Of a stretch of DNA of 64,000 nucleotides, positions 1 to 13,802 are shown piece after piece. The notes under the pieces are model-generated. The model ran no database searches and was not told the DNA's origin. It was given only the letters and a program-made list of their open reading frames with translations. The stretch is taken from contig CAWDXG010000004.1 in assembly GCA_963806225.1 (NCBI GenBank), positions 4,640,001 through 4,704,000 of the forward strand, in the 5' to 3' direction. The DNA is from an uncultured delta proteobacterium (GTDB taxonomy: Bacteria > Myxococcota_A > Polyangia > Polyangiales > Polyangiaceae). The position numbers were made by a program, and so were the translations under genes. Positions within the stretch are counted from its first letter, which is position 1. Each line of letters begins with the position of its first letter.

Positions 1-771
1 GAGAACGAGCCGCGCTTCATTCACATGTCCTACACGCCCAAGAAGCCGAAGAAGAAGCTCTGCTTCGTCGGCAAGGGTCTGACCTTCGATTCCGGTGGCC
101 TGTGCATCAAGCCCGCTGCCGGCATGGGCGAGATGAAGAGCGACATGGGCGGCGCGGCGGCGGTGCTCGGGCTGATGGTGGCCGTCGCCAGTCTGCGCCC
201 CAACGTGGAGGTGCACTGCATCATCGGGTCGGCGGAGAACATGCCCGATGGCGCTGCATACCGTCCGGGCGACATCTTCGGCTCGCTCGACGGCAAGACG
301 GTCGAGATCATCAATACCGACGCAGAGGGGCGGCTGGTGCTTGCCGACGCGCTGGCGTATGCGCGTAAGCTCGAGCCCGATGTCATCGTCGACGCCGCGA
401 CGCTGACCGGCGCGTGCGTGGTCGCGCTGGGCAAGACGTGGTCGGCCTTCTACACCGGCGACGACAAGCTAGCGCGTCAGGTCGACAAGGCTGCCGCCGA
501 GGCCGGCGAGAACCTCTGGCGCATGCCGCTCATCGAGGAGCTCCGCGAGCAGCTCAAGAGTGACGTGGCGGATCTCAAACACACCGGCGAGCGCTGGGGC
601 GGCTCGATCAGCGCGGCGCTGTTCCTCCGGGAGTTCGTCGGTGACGTGCCGTGGATCCACTGCGACATCGCGGGTCCCGCGCTGTCCGACAATGCGCGCG
701 GCGTGACGCCGAAGGGCGGCACGGGGCACGCCGTGCTGACGTTCCTGCGCTTCGTCGAGAACAGCGCGTAG
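1..771 (+). CDS. pepA: Leucyl aminopeptidase (M17), C-terminal part; begins upstream of the window
   Basis: M17 metal-binding motifs VGKGLTFDSGG, MKSDMGGAA, NTDAEGRLVLAD and ATLTGA; stop TAG at 769-771. Confidence 0.95.
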   Translation, partial: ENEPRFIHMSYTPKKPKKKLCFVGKGLTFDSGGLCIKPAAGMGEMKSDMGGAAAVLGLMVAVASLRPNVEVHCIIGSAENMPDGAAYRPGDIFGSLDGKTVEIINTDAEGRLVLADALAYARKLEPDVIVDAATLTGACVVALGKTWSAFYTGDDKLARQVDKAAAEAGENLWRMPLIEELREQLKSDVADLKHTGERWGGSISAALFLREFVGDVPWIHCDIAGPALSDNARGVTPKGGTGHAVLTFLRFVENSA

Positions 772-786
772 CGACACGAGGCGCCC

Positions 787-1536
787 ACGGCCCGCATCCG
801 CCCGACGGCCGTCCTCTGTGGACTCCTGCTCGCCGTCGGGCTGCTCTGGGCGGGCGCCGCCTCTGCGCATCTCGTCTTTCCGTCGCTGAAAGGCGAGCGG
901 TTCATCGTCCTCCGGCTCGACGAGGATCCGATCCGCATCCAATACCGCGTCGGCCGCGGCATGGAGCTGGCCCGGCCGATCCGGCGCGCGGCCGACACAA
1001 ACGGCGATTTCGACGTCAGCGCCGGAGAGGGCAACGCAGCGCTGGACGCGCGCTCGACGGCGCTGATCGCCCACCTCCGCGTGTGCACGGGCCGCACGCT
1101 GAAGGCGCTAAGCTGCAGCCATCTGGCGCTGCGCGACATCGAGCGCGTCGAGGCCGACGGTTGGACACCGGGAGCGACGGGGCATCTGGTCTTCTCCTGG
1201 ACGCTGAAGCTGGACCGGAGCGCCGACCAGATTGGAGCGCTGCGCCTGGAGGACAGCTACGCCGCTCCCGGCGTCCAGATCACCGAGGTACAGATCCACG
1301 CTCCGGCTGGAAAGCGCCTGCTGCGCGCCGGAGACGAGAGGACCCCCGGCGTCAGCACGCAGTTCGGCTGGACCGAGAAAAGCCGCCCGTCGGGACCGCG
1401 TGTGGTGGTCGCCGAGTGGCCTCCGCCGCGCCGGACGGGGGGTCTGGTTCCGCTGGGGCTGGTCACCGCGCTCGTGCTGGGCCTGTGGGTGGTCTGGGGC
1501 CGTCTGCGCCGCCGGCGTCCGCCCGTGTCGGGCTAG
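787..1536 (+). CDS. Hypothetical exported protein with C-terminal membrane anchor; start uncertain
   Basis: ORF 961..1536 stays open upstream to 772 and encodes a signal-peptide-like AVLCGLLLAVGLLWAGAASA-H; C-terminal TM followed by RRRR; no ATG/GTG/TTG before 961. Confidence 0.6.
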   Translation, partial: TARIRPTAVLCGLLLAVGLLWAGAASAHLVFPSLKGERFIVLRLDEDPIRIQYRVGRGMELARPIRRAADTNGDFDVSAGEGNAALDARSTALIAHLRVCTGRTLKALSCSHLALRDIERVEADGWTPGATGHLVFSWTLKLDRSADQIGALRLEDSYAAPGVQITEVQIHAPAGKRLLRAGDERTPGVSTQFGWTEKSRPSGPRVVVAEWPPPRRTGGLVPLGLVTALVLGLWVVWGRLRRRRPPVSG

Positions 1537-1575
1537 CGCCGTCCGGGATGCCGCATCTTTGCTACGGTAGCGGGG

Positions 1576-2289
1576 ATGGTCGGCGCCGAGTCGCAGATCC
1601 CGAGCCACAAGCTCGTTGCGCGGGCGAACATGCTGCTGCCCGGGCTGTACGCCTGGGTGACCACCGTGGCGTTCCCGGCCGCACAGCGGAGCGCGCCCGC
1701 CTCGGCCCGGGTCACGGCGATGGCAGCGCTGATCGCGCTGGTGGCGGGGCCCGTGGTGGTCTTCGAGCGGCCGCGCCTGGGTCGCGCGCTGGGCGTGCTG
1801 CTCTTCGTGGCGCTGTCCGTGACGACGTGGCTGCTGCTCGGGTCCGTCATCGGCGTGCAGCACCTGGAGCCGGTCCGGGCAAGCCTGGGAGCCCTGGGCT
1901 GGGCCCTGTTCGCCTTCGGCTGGGGCGCGGTGCGGCGGGCCGGCAGCATCCCGGAAGAGGATCCGCACGTCATCCGTGGCGAGCCGTTGCCCGCGCGGGG
2001 CCAGCTGCCGTGGAGCGCGCTCTGGGTGTACTCGATCGGACTGGTTGGCGCGGTTGTGGTGCTGCTACTCGCATGGCAGGTGGCCCGTCCCGCGCAGGCG
2101 CTCCTGGCCCACGCCGTGGCGGTGGTGGCGGCGATTGCGCTGGTCGGGGTGGCCGCCCGTGTCGCCGTCGAGCGCGGCCGTGCGCGCACCTTCCCCGCCC
2201 CGCAGCCGAGGCTCAACGCCGCCGCGCGCCCGCTCGCGACGGCGCTGCTGCTGATGGCACTGGGTTTCGTCTGGCTGATGCTGCGCTAG
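1576..2289 (+). CDS. Polytopic membrane protein, unknown function
   Basis: 237 aa with about 7 hydrophobic segments; operon-like packing. Confidence 0.75.
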   Translation: MVGAESQIPSHKLVARANMLLPGLYAWVTTVAFPAAQRSAPASARVTAMAALIALVAGPVVVFERPRLGRALGVLLFVALSVTTWLLLGSVIGVQHLEPVRASLGALGWALFAFGWGAVRRAGSIPEEDPHVIRGEPLPARGQLPWSALWVYSIGLVGAVVVLLLAWQVARPAQALLAHAVAVVAAIALVGVAARVAVERGRARTFPAPQPRLNAAARPLATALLLMALGFVWLMLR

Positions 2290-2304
2290 CGTGGAGGCTC
2301 CTAC

Positions 2305-2487
2305 GTGGCCCGAGCTATCGACCTACTCAGTGTGCTCCTTCTGGCTGCTGCGGCTGTCGCCTTCGGGCTGGGCATCCACTCGCTCGGCGCGCGGCACGAT
2401 CTCGCTGCGCTGTACTGGCTGGTGATCGGCGCGCTGGTGCTACGCGCGGCGACCGACCTCCTGCGCCCCAAGTCCAGTTCGCGATGA
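2305..2487 (+). CDS. Small two-TM membrane protein
   Basis: GGAGG RBS before GTG; two hydrophobic helices; ATGA overlap with the next gene. Confidence 0.7.
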   Translation: MARAIDLLSVLLLAAAAVAFGLGIHSLGARHDLAALYWLVIGALVLRAATDLLRPKSSSR

Positions 2488-3422
2488 GGGTTGCTGTCGA
2501 CCGCCTGGGCCTTGCCCTGCTGCTCCTCGCCGGTGGCTGCAGCGGGAACCGGACGTCCGCGCCGGCGCCGGCGCGCGGCACGCTGTCCGCCGGTGTGGCT
2601 GCGACGGTCGGGACGGATGCGGTAGGTGTGGAAACCGTCCGGCGCATCGCTCGGGCCGAGCACGTCACGCTGCGCGAAGCGCGGAATCTCGCCGTGCAGG
2701 ATGCCCTGTTCGCTGCGGGCGCACGCGCCCGCCTGCGGAGCACCGGGCGCGTGGGGCTCACAGAAGACACCGTGCTCGCGCGACGGATGCTCGAGCAATT
2801 GAAGGCGCAGGCGATCGCCCAGGGACCGCCCTCCGACGCCGAGGTCGCGCGGCTCACGCGGCGCCACTGGTACGAGCTGGATCGTCCGTCGAGCGCTCGC
2901 ACCACCCACGCGGTCGTTCTCGTCAAGAAGCCCGCTGACGATGCACCGGCCAAGGCGCTTGCCCACCGCATCCTGCAGGCGGTGGATGGTGCCCACGATG
3001 CTGCCGCGTTCAAGAAGCAGGTCGAGTCGGTCCCGACCGGCGGCCTGGAGGTGAAGGTCGAGACGCTGCCGCCGGTTTCTGCCGACGGGCGCGTGATTCC
3101 GGACGAGCCACCGGCTCCGGGCGCGAAGCCCGATCGTTTCGACAAGCAGTTCGCTGCGGCCGCGAACGCAATCGAGTCCGTGGGCGGGCACAGCCCCGTC
3201 GTCCACTCACGCTTCGGCTACCATGTCATCCTGCTCGACAAGCGCCTACCCGCGAAGCGCATGCCATTGGAAGAACGCAGGAAGAAGCTTGCCGACGAGA
3301 CGATCGACGACCGCGCCAAGGCTGCCGAACAGGCGCTTCTGGAGCGGCTCCGGGCATCGACGCCGGTCGAGGTCGTGCGGTCGTTCGACGACTTGACTTC
3401 GAGGGTGCGGGTCGAGCAATGA
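2484..3422 (+). CDS. Parvulin/PpiC-type peptidyl-prolyl isomerase lipoprotein
   Basis: Lipobox LAGGC; parvulin motifs TTHAVV, FDKQFAAAA and SPVVHSRFGYHVI. Confidence 0.85.
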   Translation: MRVAVDRLGLALLLLAGGCSGNRTSAPAPARGTLSAGVAATVGTDAVGVETVRRIARAEHVTLREARNLAVQDALFAAGARARLRSTGRVGLTEDTVLARRMLEQLKAQAIAQGPPSDAEVARLTRRHWYELDRPSSARTTHAVVLVKKPADDAPAKALAHRILQAVDGAHDAAAFKKQVESVPTGGLEVKVETLPPVSADGRVIPDEPPAPGAKPDRFDKQFAAAANAIESVGGHSPVVHSRFGYHVILLDKRLPAKRMPLEERRKKLADETIDDRAKAAEQALLERLRASTPVEVVRSFDDLTSRVRVEQ

Positions 3423-4075
3423 GTCGCCGCCGCGGCACGTTCGTGGGGCGCGATCAGGCAGCGTCCGCATTCAGCGCCGCGTTGATGCGCTTGTGCGAAG
3501 GCACGGGCGTCGCCGGCGCCGCTCTGGTCGACGCCCAAGGAGAGACCGTCGACTACGCGGGAGGGCTCGACCCGTTCGACATCAAGGTTGCGGCCGCCGA
3601 ATGGCAGCTCGTCGTCGGCGTGCTGCGCGAGTCGCGCGTGCCGGCCTGGCGGGAGACGCATGAGCTCGTCGTGCGGGCTCGGTTCAGGAGCTACTCCATC
3701 GTGCCGCTCAGCGAGGGCTATGCAATCGTGGCCACGCTGACGCGGTACTGCTTCGAGGTTCCCGAACGGGCGCTGGCCGAGGCCGTTCGGGAGCTCTGCC
3801 GGGAGAGCGGACTGTCGCCGCCGCCGTTCCTGGCAGGTACGCGCGAGCGCTGGACGCGCGTCGAGGTGCAGACAAGCCCGCATGACGCGCGGCGCGCCGA
3901 AGCGCTGTGGCACGGCGGAGCGTGGCGCTCGCTGGAGATCCTGGGTCGCTACACGGACGCCGATCTCGGATCGCACGAGGTCGGCTACCGCGCGCGGTTG
4001 TCGACGGGGGCCGAGCTCACGCTCGTGCGCGAGCGGCTCGGCATCTGGTACGCCGATGACACGCCGTCCGGCTGA
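3419..4075 (+). CDS. Roadblock/LC7 (MglB-like) domain protein with extra C-terminal domain
   Basis: GVAGAALVDAQGETVDY roadblock-type N-terminus; ATGA overlap with the parvulin gene. Confidence 0.7.
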   Translation: MSRRRGTFVGRDQAASAFSAALMRLCEGTGVAGAALVDAQGETVDYAGGLDPFDIKVAAAEWQLVVGVLRESRVPAWRETHELVVRARFRSYSIVPLSEGYAIVATLTRYCFEVPERALAEAVRELCRESGLSPPPFLAGTRERWTRVEVQTSPHDARRAEALWHGGAWRSLEILGRYTDADLGSHEVGYRARLSTGAELTLVRERLGIWYADDTPSG

Positions 4076-4081
4076 GCGACG

Positions 4082-4480
4082 CTACGGCTGCGGCGGTACC
4101 GGGCGCTTGCGGTACTTCTCGTTGTAGTCGGCGCGGTACACGCGGTGGCAGCTCGTGCACGACGGCTGCACGTGACGGCCGTTGCGCGCCCTCTCTGCGC
4201 CCTCGCGCGCAAAGCGATTCCAGTTCGACCACTTCTCCGGGTCGGGGTTCAGGCGGACGAGCCGCTCGAGGTTTCGGGCGAGCGTCTGTCGATCCCCTTC
4301 CGCCATGGGCGCTGCGATGTGGGTGCGCATCCAGCGCTGGAGGGGGCAGGGCGGCTTCCCGGGCCTGCCGCAGGCTGCGTCGTCTGCCCGTCCAGCCCCG
4401 GCCCAGGCGCCCAGGCAGGCGCAGACAAGCGCCGGAACAAGCAGTGCGTGGCGGCCCCGGCGCGGCATCGCGCCCATCAT
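4082..4480 (-). CDS. Small exported c-type cytochrome-like protein
   Basis: Signal-peptide-like N-terminus; single C-terminal CTSCH heme motif after a helical region. Confidence 0.6.
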   Translation of the reverse strand: MMGAMPRRGRHALLVPALVCACLGAWAGAGRADDAACGRPGKPPCPLQRWMRTHIAAPMAEGDRQTLARNLERLVRLNPDPEKWSNWNRFAREGAERARNGRHVQPSCTSCHRVYRADYNEKYRKRPVPPQP

Positions 4481-4736
4481 ACACGCGAGCGTCTCGCAGG
4501 GCAGGCACCAGCCGCCCCACACATTGCAGAAAGTCCATCGATTCCGGCAGGTTGACGCACGGCTCCAGATTTCCGACTGCGACGCCGACAAAAGACTTGC
4601 GCGGCGGCCGAGAAAGGGCCATTAATCCGCCCCCCGTCACCCAACGGGAACGAGCCGGACAAGGGCCGCAACGGCTGCGCGAAAGTCGAGAGATTCCAAG
4701 GGTTTCCCAAAACCGGGAGCCCCTCCGAAATTCTCG

Positions 4737-4765
4737 TTGACAGAGGCGCGGCTTGGTCCTAGGTT
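4737..4765 (+). promoter_or_regulatory. sigma70-type rrn promoter
   Basis: TTGACA (4737-4742), 17-bp spacer, TAGGTT (4760-4765), followed by a GC-rich discriminator about 190 nt upstream of 16S. Confidence 0.7.
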
Positions 4766-4792
4766 CCACGGCCCGCTCGGGAGATATCTCCC

Positions 4793-4819
4793 CTCGGTCC
4801 TTGAAAACTGAGTTCTATA
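4793..4819 (+). other. 16S precursor processing stem (5' arm), overlapping a boxA-like leader
   Basis: ctcggtccttgaaaactgagttctata is a near-perfect reverse complement of 6622-6648 in the ITS. Confidence 0.75.
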
Positions 4820-4956
4820 CCCGCGAGAAATCGCGCGGGTCCCGCACCATCGGCGGCCATCCAGGTCATCCCGACCTGGGTCGAGCAGTCGGTGAGTGCA
4901 GTCAAGTGAAGAGTATGGCGACGCCTGGCTTCGGCTGGACGTTTGCCGAAAGGTTC

Positions 4957-6520
<1,564 letters not shown>

Positions 6521-6725
6521 TCTTCCCGAGTTATCGGGAGACACCAAAGGTCAATGCCCGCGCGACGTAGGCAGCCTGTATGCAAGTTTCTTCACTGTGC
6601 ATCACAGGTGGCCAATGTGGATATAGAACTCAGTTTTGAGGGACCGAGACGGGACCGGTCCTTGTGCGTCGTCACAGCCAGCGCATCGGCGCGGAACGTA
6701 GCCGGCGCACAGCGATAGTCCCTCC

Positions 6726-6799
<74 letters not shown>

Positions 6800-6862
6800 C
6801 GCAGGCTCCGCGCCGCGTCACGGTGCGGACAGGCCGCGGGATGCGTCCCGCGGAACCAGTAA

Positions 6863-6935
6863 GGGGCTGTAGCTCAGCTGGGAGAGCGCGGGCTTTGCAA
6901 GCCTGAGGTCGTCGGTTCGATCCCGATCAGCTCCA
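6863..6935 (+). tRNA. tRNA-Ala(TGC)
   Basis: GGGGCTGTAGCTCAG...TTTGCAA anticodon loop...GTTCGATC...CAGCTCCA; CCA not encoded. Confidence 0.97.
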
Positions 6936-7188
6936 CAAAGCTCGATCGGCTACCGGACGACATCGCGCCACCGAGCAACCAAGACTGTACGGGCCTCGAG
7001 CCCGACCGAAGCGGCCGCTGCGCCGCACCGGGGTTTCCCCGGGACTCTCTGAAAACTGAAGTTTTTGCGTCCAAAGCTAGCGTAGAGGCATCACGCGTAG
7101 AGCGTAGATGCCCAAATGCAATGCGCTGGAGGCTCGGAGTTCGTCTATCGGACTCCGGGTACCAGCTCAATGCGTGCCTTAGGGATAA

Positions 7189-10194
<3,006 letters not shown>

Positions 10195-10332
10195 TATCCG
10201 CTAAGGCAAACATTCGAGTTGGTGCCCGGAGTCCGGGCAGACGAGCTCGTCGGCTGCGTGCAGAACGCACACAGCAGGCTCGAGCAAGTCAAGCCAACAG
10301 CGCAGCAGCGCTAGTACAGACGCAAGAACTTT

Positions 10333-10448
10333 TCCGGTGGTTTTGTCGAAGAGGCCATACCCGATCCCATCTCGAACTCGGAAGTCAAGCTCTTCGGAGC
10401 CGATGGTACTGCACGGGCAACTGTGTGGGAGAGTAGGACGCTGCCGGG
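10333..10448 (+). rRNA. rrf: 5S rRNA
   Basis: TCCGGTGG...CCCGATCCCATCTCGAACTCGGAAGTCAAG...GCCGATGGTACT...GAGAGTAGG...CTGCCGGG. Confidence 0.97.
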
Positions 10449-10453
10449 CTAAT

Positions 10454-10495
10454 GACGGGGTTTCCGCCGCAAGGCGGGAACCCCGTCGCCTTTTT
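10454..10495 (+). terminator. Rho-independent terminator of the rrn operon
   Basis: gacggggtttccgcc-GCAA-ggcgggaaccccgtc hairpin followed by TTTTT. Confidence 0.85.
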
Positions 10496-10654
10496 GTGGC
10501 CCTGGATCTGCACTGGCTCTGACCCGCGCCGGCAGATACGCGGCTGGCGTGGGAACTGGATGCCGGCCGGGGGCGTTTCCGGAAGAGCGCCGACCCGTGG
10601 GGTCCGTCGGATGGGCCCGGGCAAGCCGAAGGCGCTACTCTCCGGACTTCGCCG

Positions 10655-13066
10655 ATGCGGATGGGCTTGAAAGTCGCGCTCGGGACAGCCGCGGTCATGG
10701 CCGGGCTGGGCGTGGTGGCGTTCGGACCGATGGTCCGCGCGAAGGCGCGGAGCCAGGCGGAACGGCGCGGGCTGGCCCTGAGCATCGGGGCCGTGCGTCC
10801 CGGCTGGGGCCGCGTGTGGCTCAGGGGGCTGGACGTGAAAGTCCCGGCGGTGCCCGCGCTGGCGGTCCATCTGGAGTCGGTCGAGGTGGATGTCTCGCCG
10901 ACGCTCGGGGTGAAGCGGGTCGCGGCCCACGGTGGGCGGGTCGTGGTCAGCGGCAGTCCCAAGGAGCTAGCGACCGAGCTCGAGCGCTGGCGCAGCCGGC
11001 ACACCCACGCGCGGGGCTCTGCCAGTGCGCAGAAGACCTACTCGGTGGACGGGCTCAGGGTGGTCTGGCGGAAGTCCGCGCCGGACGACCCGGTCGAGCT
11101 GTGGGGCGCGAGCTACCAGCGCGATCCGGACGGACACGAGCGGCTGGGTGCGGATCTGGCGCGGCTGTCCTGGCACGGCGCGGACCTCAGCGTGAAGGGC
11201 GGTCGGCTGGAGCTGGCGCGGCGCGATGGGCACCGCGTCGTCGAGCAGGTCGTGGCCGACGCGGTCGCTGCGACGCTGGATCTGGACGGCCACGCGCTCA
11301 GGCACGCGCTCGGCGGGCACGACCCGGCGAAGCCGTCGCGCCCCACCCCGCCCAGCGCCACCCCCGAAAAGCCTCGGCACGCGAAGCATGCCGGCAAGCC
11401 CGACGCGCCGTTCCCGTCACCCGCTGCAGAGCGCAGGGGTCCGGAGTTGCGCGCGCTGTTCGCGCGGCTCGCCGCGACCGCACAGGCGCTGCTGCCGGTT
11501 GGCGCCAAGCTGGACCTGGACGGGCTCCGTCTCGAGCTCCGCCACAATGGCCAGACGCTGAACGTCGGACCTGCTCGGCTCCATCTCGGGCGCGCCGAGA
11601 AGCACGTCGCGCTGGATCTCGTGCCGAGCGGCAAGCCGGGTGCGGGGCATGGCGGCACGCCGCTCACGCTGCGCCTGCAGGCGCCGCTCGGCACCGGTCC
11701 GGTCTCGCTCGCGCTGAAGGGCGGCCCCGTCAGTCTCGCGACACTTGGCGTTCACGAAGGCGACCTCGGCCTTCTGGACGTCGACCGTGCAGAGCTCCAG
11801 GCCAAGCTCCAGGTGCGGCTGTCGGCGGATGGCCGCACGCTGGCGTTCAACGGGCGCGGTCAGCTCGACAAGCTCGCGCTGCACAAGCGTTGGCTGGCGA
11901 CCCGTCCCGTGCGCGGCATGCATCTGTCGTGGCAGGGCGAAGGCGAGGCGGTGCTGGACGGCACGCGGCTCCACATCGATGAAGGCGAGCTCGAGTTCGG
12001 CAAGGTCCGCATGCAGGCTCGCGGCGAGCTCGAGCGCGGCCAGGGCTACGTGCGTCTGAAGGCGGACGGCGGCATCCCGCTGGCGTCGTGCCAGTCCATG
12101 CTCGATTCAAGTCCGGCGGGGCTCACGCCGCTGCTCGGCGGCATGCGCATGAGCGGCACGTTCTCGCTGGACGGCCATCTCGATCTCGACACGCGGCATC
12201 CAGGCAAGATGGTCACGCGCTGGGACATCCAGAACCAGTGCCGCGTCACGGCCGTGCCCGCCAACATCGCGCCGCGGCGCTTCCAGCAGAGCTGGGTCCG
12301 GCAGGTCAAGGGACCCGACGGCGCCCCGATGACGATCGAGAGCGGCCCCGGTTCAGCGGACTGGGTGCCGGGCGGCGCCATCTCGAAGTTCATGCAGACC
12401 GCGGTGCTCGTGTGCGAGGACGCGCACTTCTGGATCCACCACGGCTTCGACCAGGAAGCGATCCGCAATTCCATCCGCGAGAACTTCAAGGCCGGGAAGT
12501 TCGTGCGCGGCGCCAGCACCATCTCCATGCAGCTGGCGAAGAACCTGTACCTGTCGCGCCGGAAGACCCTCTCCCGCAAGCTTCAGGAAGCCGTCCTGAC
12601 GATGCTGCTCGAGCAGGAGCTGACGAAGGACCAGATCATGGAGCTCTACCTGAACGTGATCGAGTTCGGACCGGGTATCTATGGCATCGGTCCCGCGGCG
12701 CATCACTACTTCGACACGACCGCAGACCGGCTCTCGCTCGGGCAGTCGCTGTACCTGGCGTCCATCCTGCCGAACCCCAGGGGCCAGCACTTCGGCGCCG
12801 ACGGACAGGTGACGCCCGGCTGGAGCGCGTACCTCCGCAAGCTGATGCACATCGCGCACAGGATCCATCGCATCGACGACGACGAGCTCGCCGACGGGCT
12901 GACCGAGCAGGTCGCGTTCGGGGTGCCGTACTCACCGCGCAGCAACGACGTGGACGCCGGCGGCCAGCCCCTGGCCGACCAGGCCGGGGCACCCGGCAAC
13001 GCAGCGACCCATGCCAACAGAGCGCCGGGGAACGTGCCGGTTCACGACGAGGCGACGTACCCCTGA
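10655..13066 (+). CDS. Peptidoglycan glycosyltransferase (GT51) with long N-terminal extension and no transpeptidase domain
   Basis: GT51 motifs EDAHFWIHHGFD, RGASTISMQLAKNL, RKLQE and KDQIMELYLNVIEFG; N-terminal TM. Confidence 0.9.
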   Translation: MRMGLKVALGTAAVMAGLGVVAFGPMVRAKARSQAERRGLALSIGAVRPGWGRVWLRGLDVKVPAVPALAVHLESVEVDVSPTLGVKRVAAHGGRVVVSGSPKELATELERWRSRHTHARGSASAQKTYSVDGLRVVWRKSAPDDPVELWGASYQRDPDGHERLGADLARLSWHGADLSVKGGRLELARRDGHRVVEQVVADAVAATLDLDGHALRHALGGHDPAKPSRPTPPSATPEKPRHAKHAGKPDAPFPSPAAERRGPELRALFARLAATAQALLPVGAKLDLDGLRLELRHNGQTLNVGPARLHLGRAEKHVALDLVPSGKPGAGHGGTPLTLRLQAPLGTGPVSLALKGGPVSLATLGVHEGDLGLLDVDRAELQAKLQVRLSADGRTLAFNGRGQLDKLALHKRWLATRPVRGMHLSWQGEGEAVLDGTRLHIDEGELEFGKVRMQARGELERGQGYVRLKADGGIPLASCQSMLDSSPAGLTPLLGGMRMSGTFSLDGHLDLDTRHPGKMVTRWDIQNQCRVTAVPANIAPRRFQQSWVRQVKGPDGAPMTIESGPGSADWVPGGAISKFMQTAVLVCEDAHFWIHHGFDQEAIRNSIRENFKAGKFVRGASTISMQLAKNLYLSRRKTLSRKLQEAVLTMLLEQELTKDQIMELYLNVIEFGPGIYGIGPAAHHYFDTTADRLSLGQSLYLASILPNPRGQHFGADGQVTPGWSAYLRKLMHIAHRIHRIDDDELADGLTEQVAFGVPYSPRSNDVDAGGQPLADQAGAPGNAATHANRAPGNVPVHDEATYP

Positions 13067-13067
13067 G

Positions 13068-13532
13068 CTACTTTTCGCCGGCGGCGCGCAGCTTCGCGAA
13101 GAACGCGGACAGCTCCGCCGCGCACTCGTCCGCGAGTAGCCCCGACGTCACTTCGAAGCGGTGATTCAGCCGCTCGTCGCGACCGAGCGTGTAGAACGTG
13201 TCCACGGCACCCGCCTTCGGATCGCGCGCCGCGTATACCAGTCGCGAGACGCGCGCGTTGACCAGCGCGCCGGCGCACATCGGGCACGGCTCGAGCGTCG
13301 CGTACACGGTGCAGCCCGTGAGGCGCCAGTGCCCCCTTCGCTCTGCCGCGGCGCGCAGCGCGAGCACTTCCGCGTGGGCAGTGGGGTCCGCGTCGACCTC
13401 ACGACGATTGTGCCCGCGCGCGAGCTCGACGCCGCTGTCGTCCACGATCACGCAGCCGATCGGCACGTCCGCGTGCTCGAGGGCCCGCCGCGCTTCGGCC
13501 AGCGCTTCGCGCATCCAGGTTTCGTCGGACAT
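13068..13532 (-). CDS. tadA: tRNA adenosine(34) deaminase
   Basis: DVPIGCVIV, DPTAHAE, TLEPCPMCAGA, ARDPKAGA, LNHR and C-terminal FFAKLR. Confidence 0.95.
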   Translation of the reverse strand: MSDETWMREALAEARRALEHADVPIGCVIVDDSGVELARGHNRREVDADPTAHAEVLALRAAAERRGHWRLTGCTVYATLEPCPMCAGALVNARVSRLVYAARDPKAGAVDTFYTLGRDERLNHRFEVTSGLLADECAAELSAFFAKLRAAGEK

Positions 13533-13572
13533 CGTGAAAAGCGCGCCGTACGTCGGCGGAACACCAGTGGCC

Positions 13573-13649
13573 TGGCGCGCCCGGGAGGATTCGAACCTCC
13601 GACTTCCGGTTCCGTAGACCGGCGCTCTATCCAGCTGAGCTACGGGCGC
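13573..13649 (-). tRNA. tRNA-Arg(ACG)
   Basis: Minus strand GCGCCCGTAGCTCAGCTGGATAGAGCGCCGGTCT-ACG-GAACCGGAAGTCGGAGGTTCGAATCCTCCCGGGCGCGCCA; CCA encoded. Confidence 0.97.
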
Positions 13650-13802
13650 AAAGGGGCCGCATACATAGCACGCTGGCGGCACCGTCCAATCCAAAAAACC
13701 GGCCCCCGATCCGCAGCCCTCTCGCGCATTCAACATGCCGGATACACAGGGGTTTATCGGCACTCGCAGCGGCGCGACACAAACCCGCTACGCTCGCGCC
13801 TC

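Noticed and set aside
651..3422. 923-aa ORF and other long Arg/Ala/Pro-rich alternate-frame or antisense ORFs (e.g. 22201..24636, 29131..31617, 44042..46720, 52697..54952)
   Set aside because: Stop-poor frames expected at this GC content; only the parts with recognisable motifs were kept
13573..13649. tRNA-Arg as an integration site for a genomic island
   Set aside because: No integrase and no duplicated tRNA 3' end seen; the flanks are housekeeping genes
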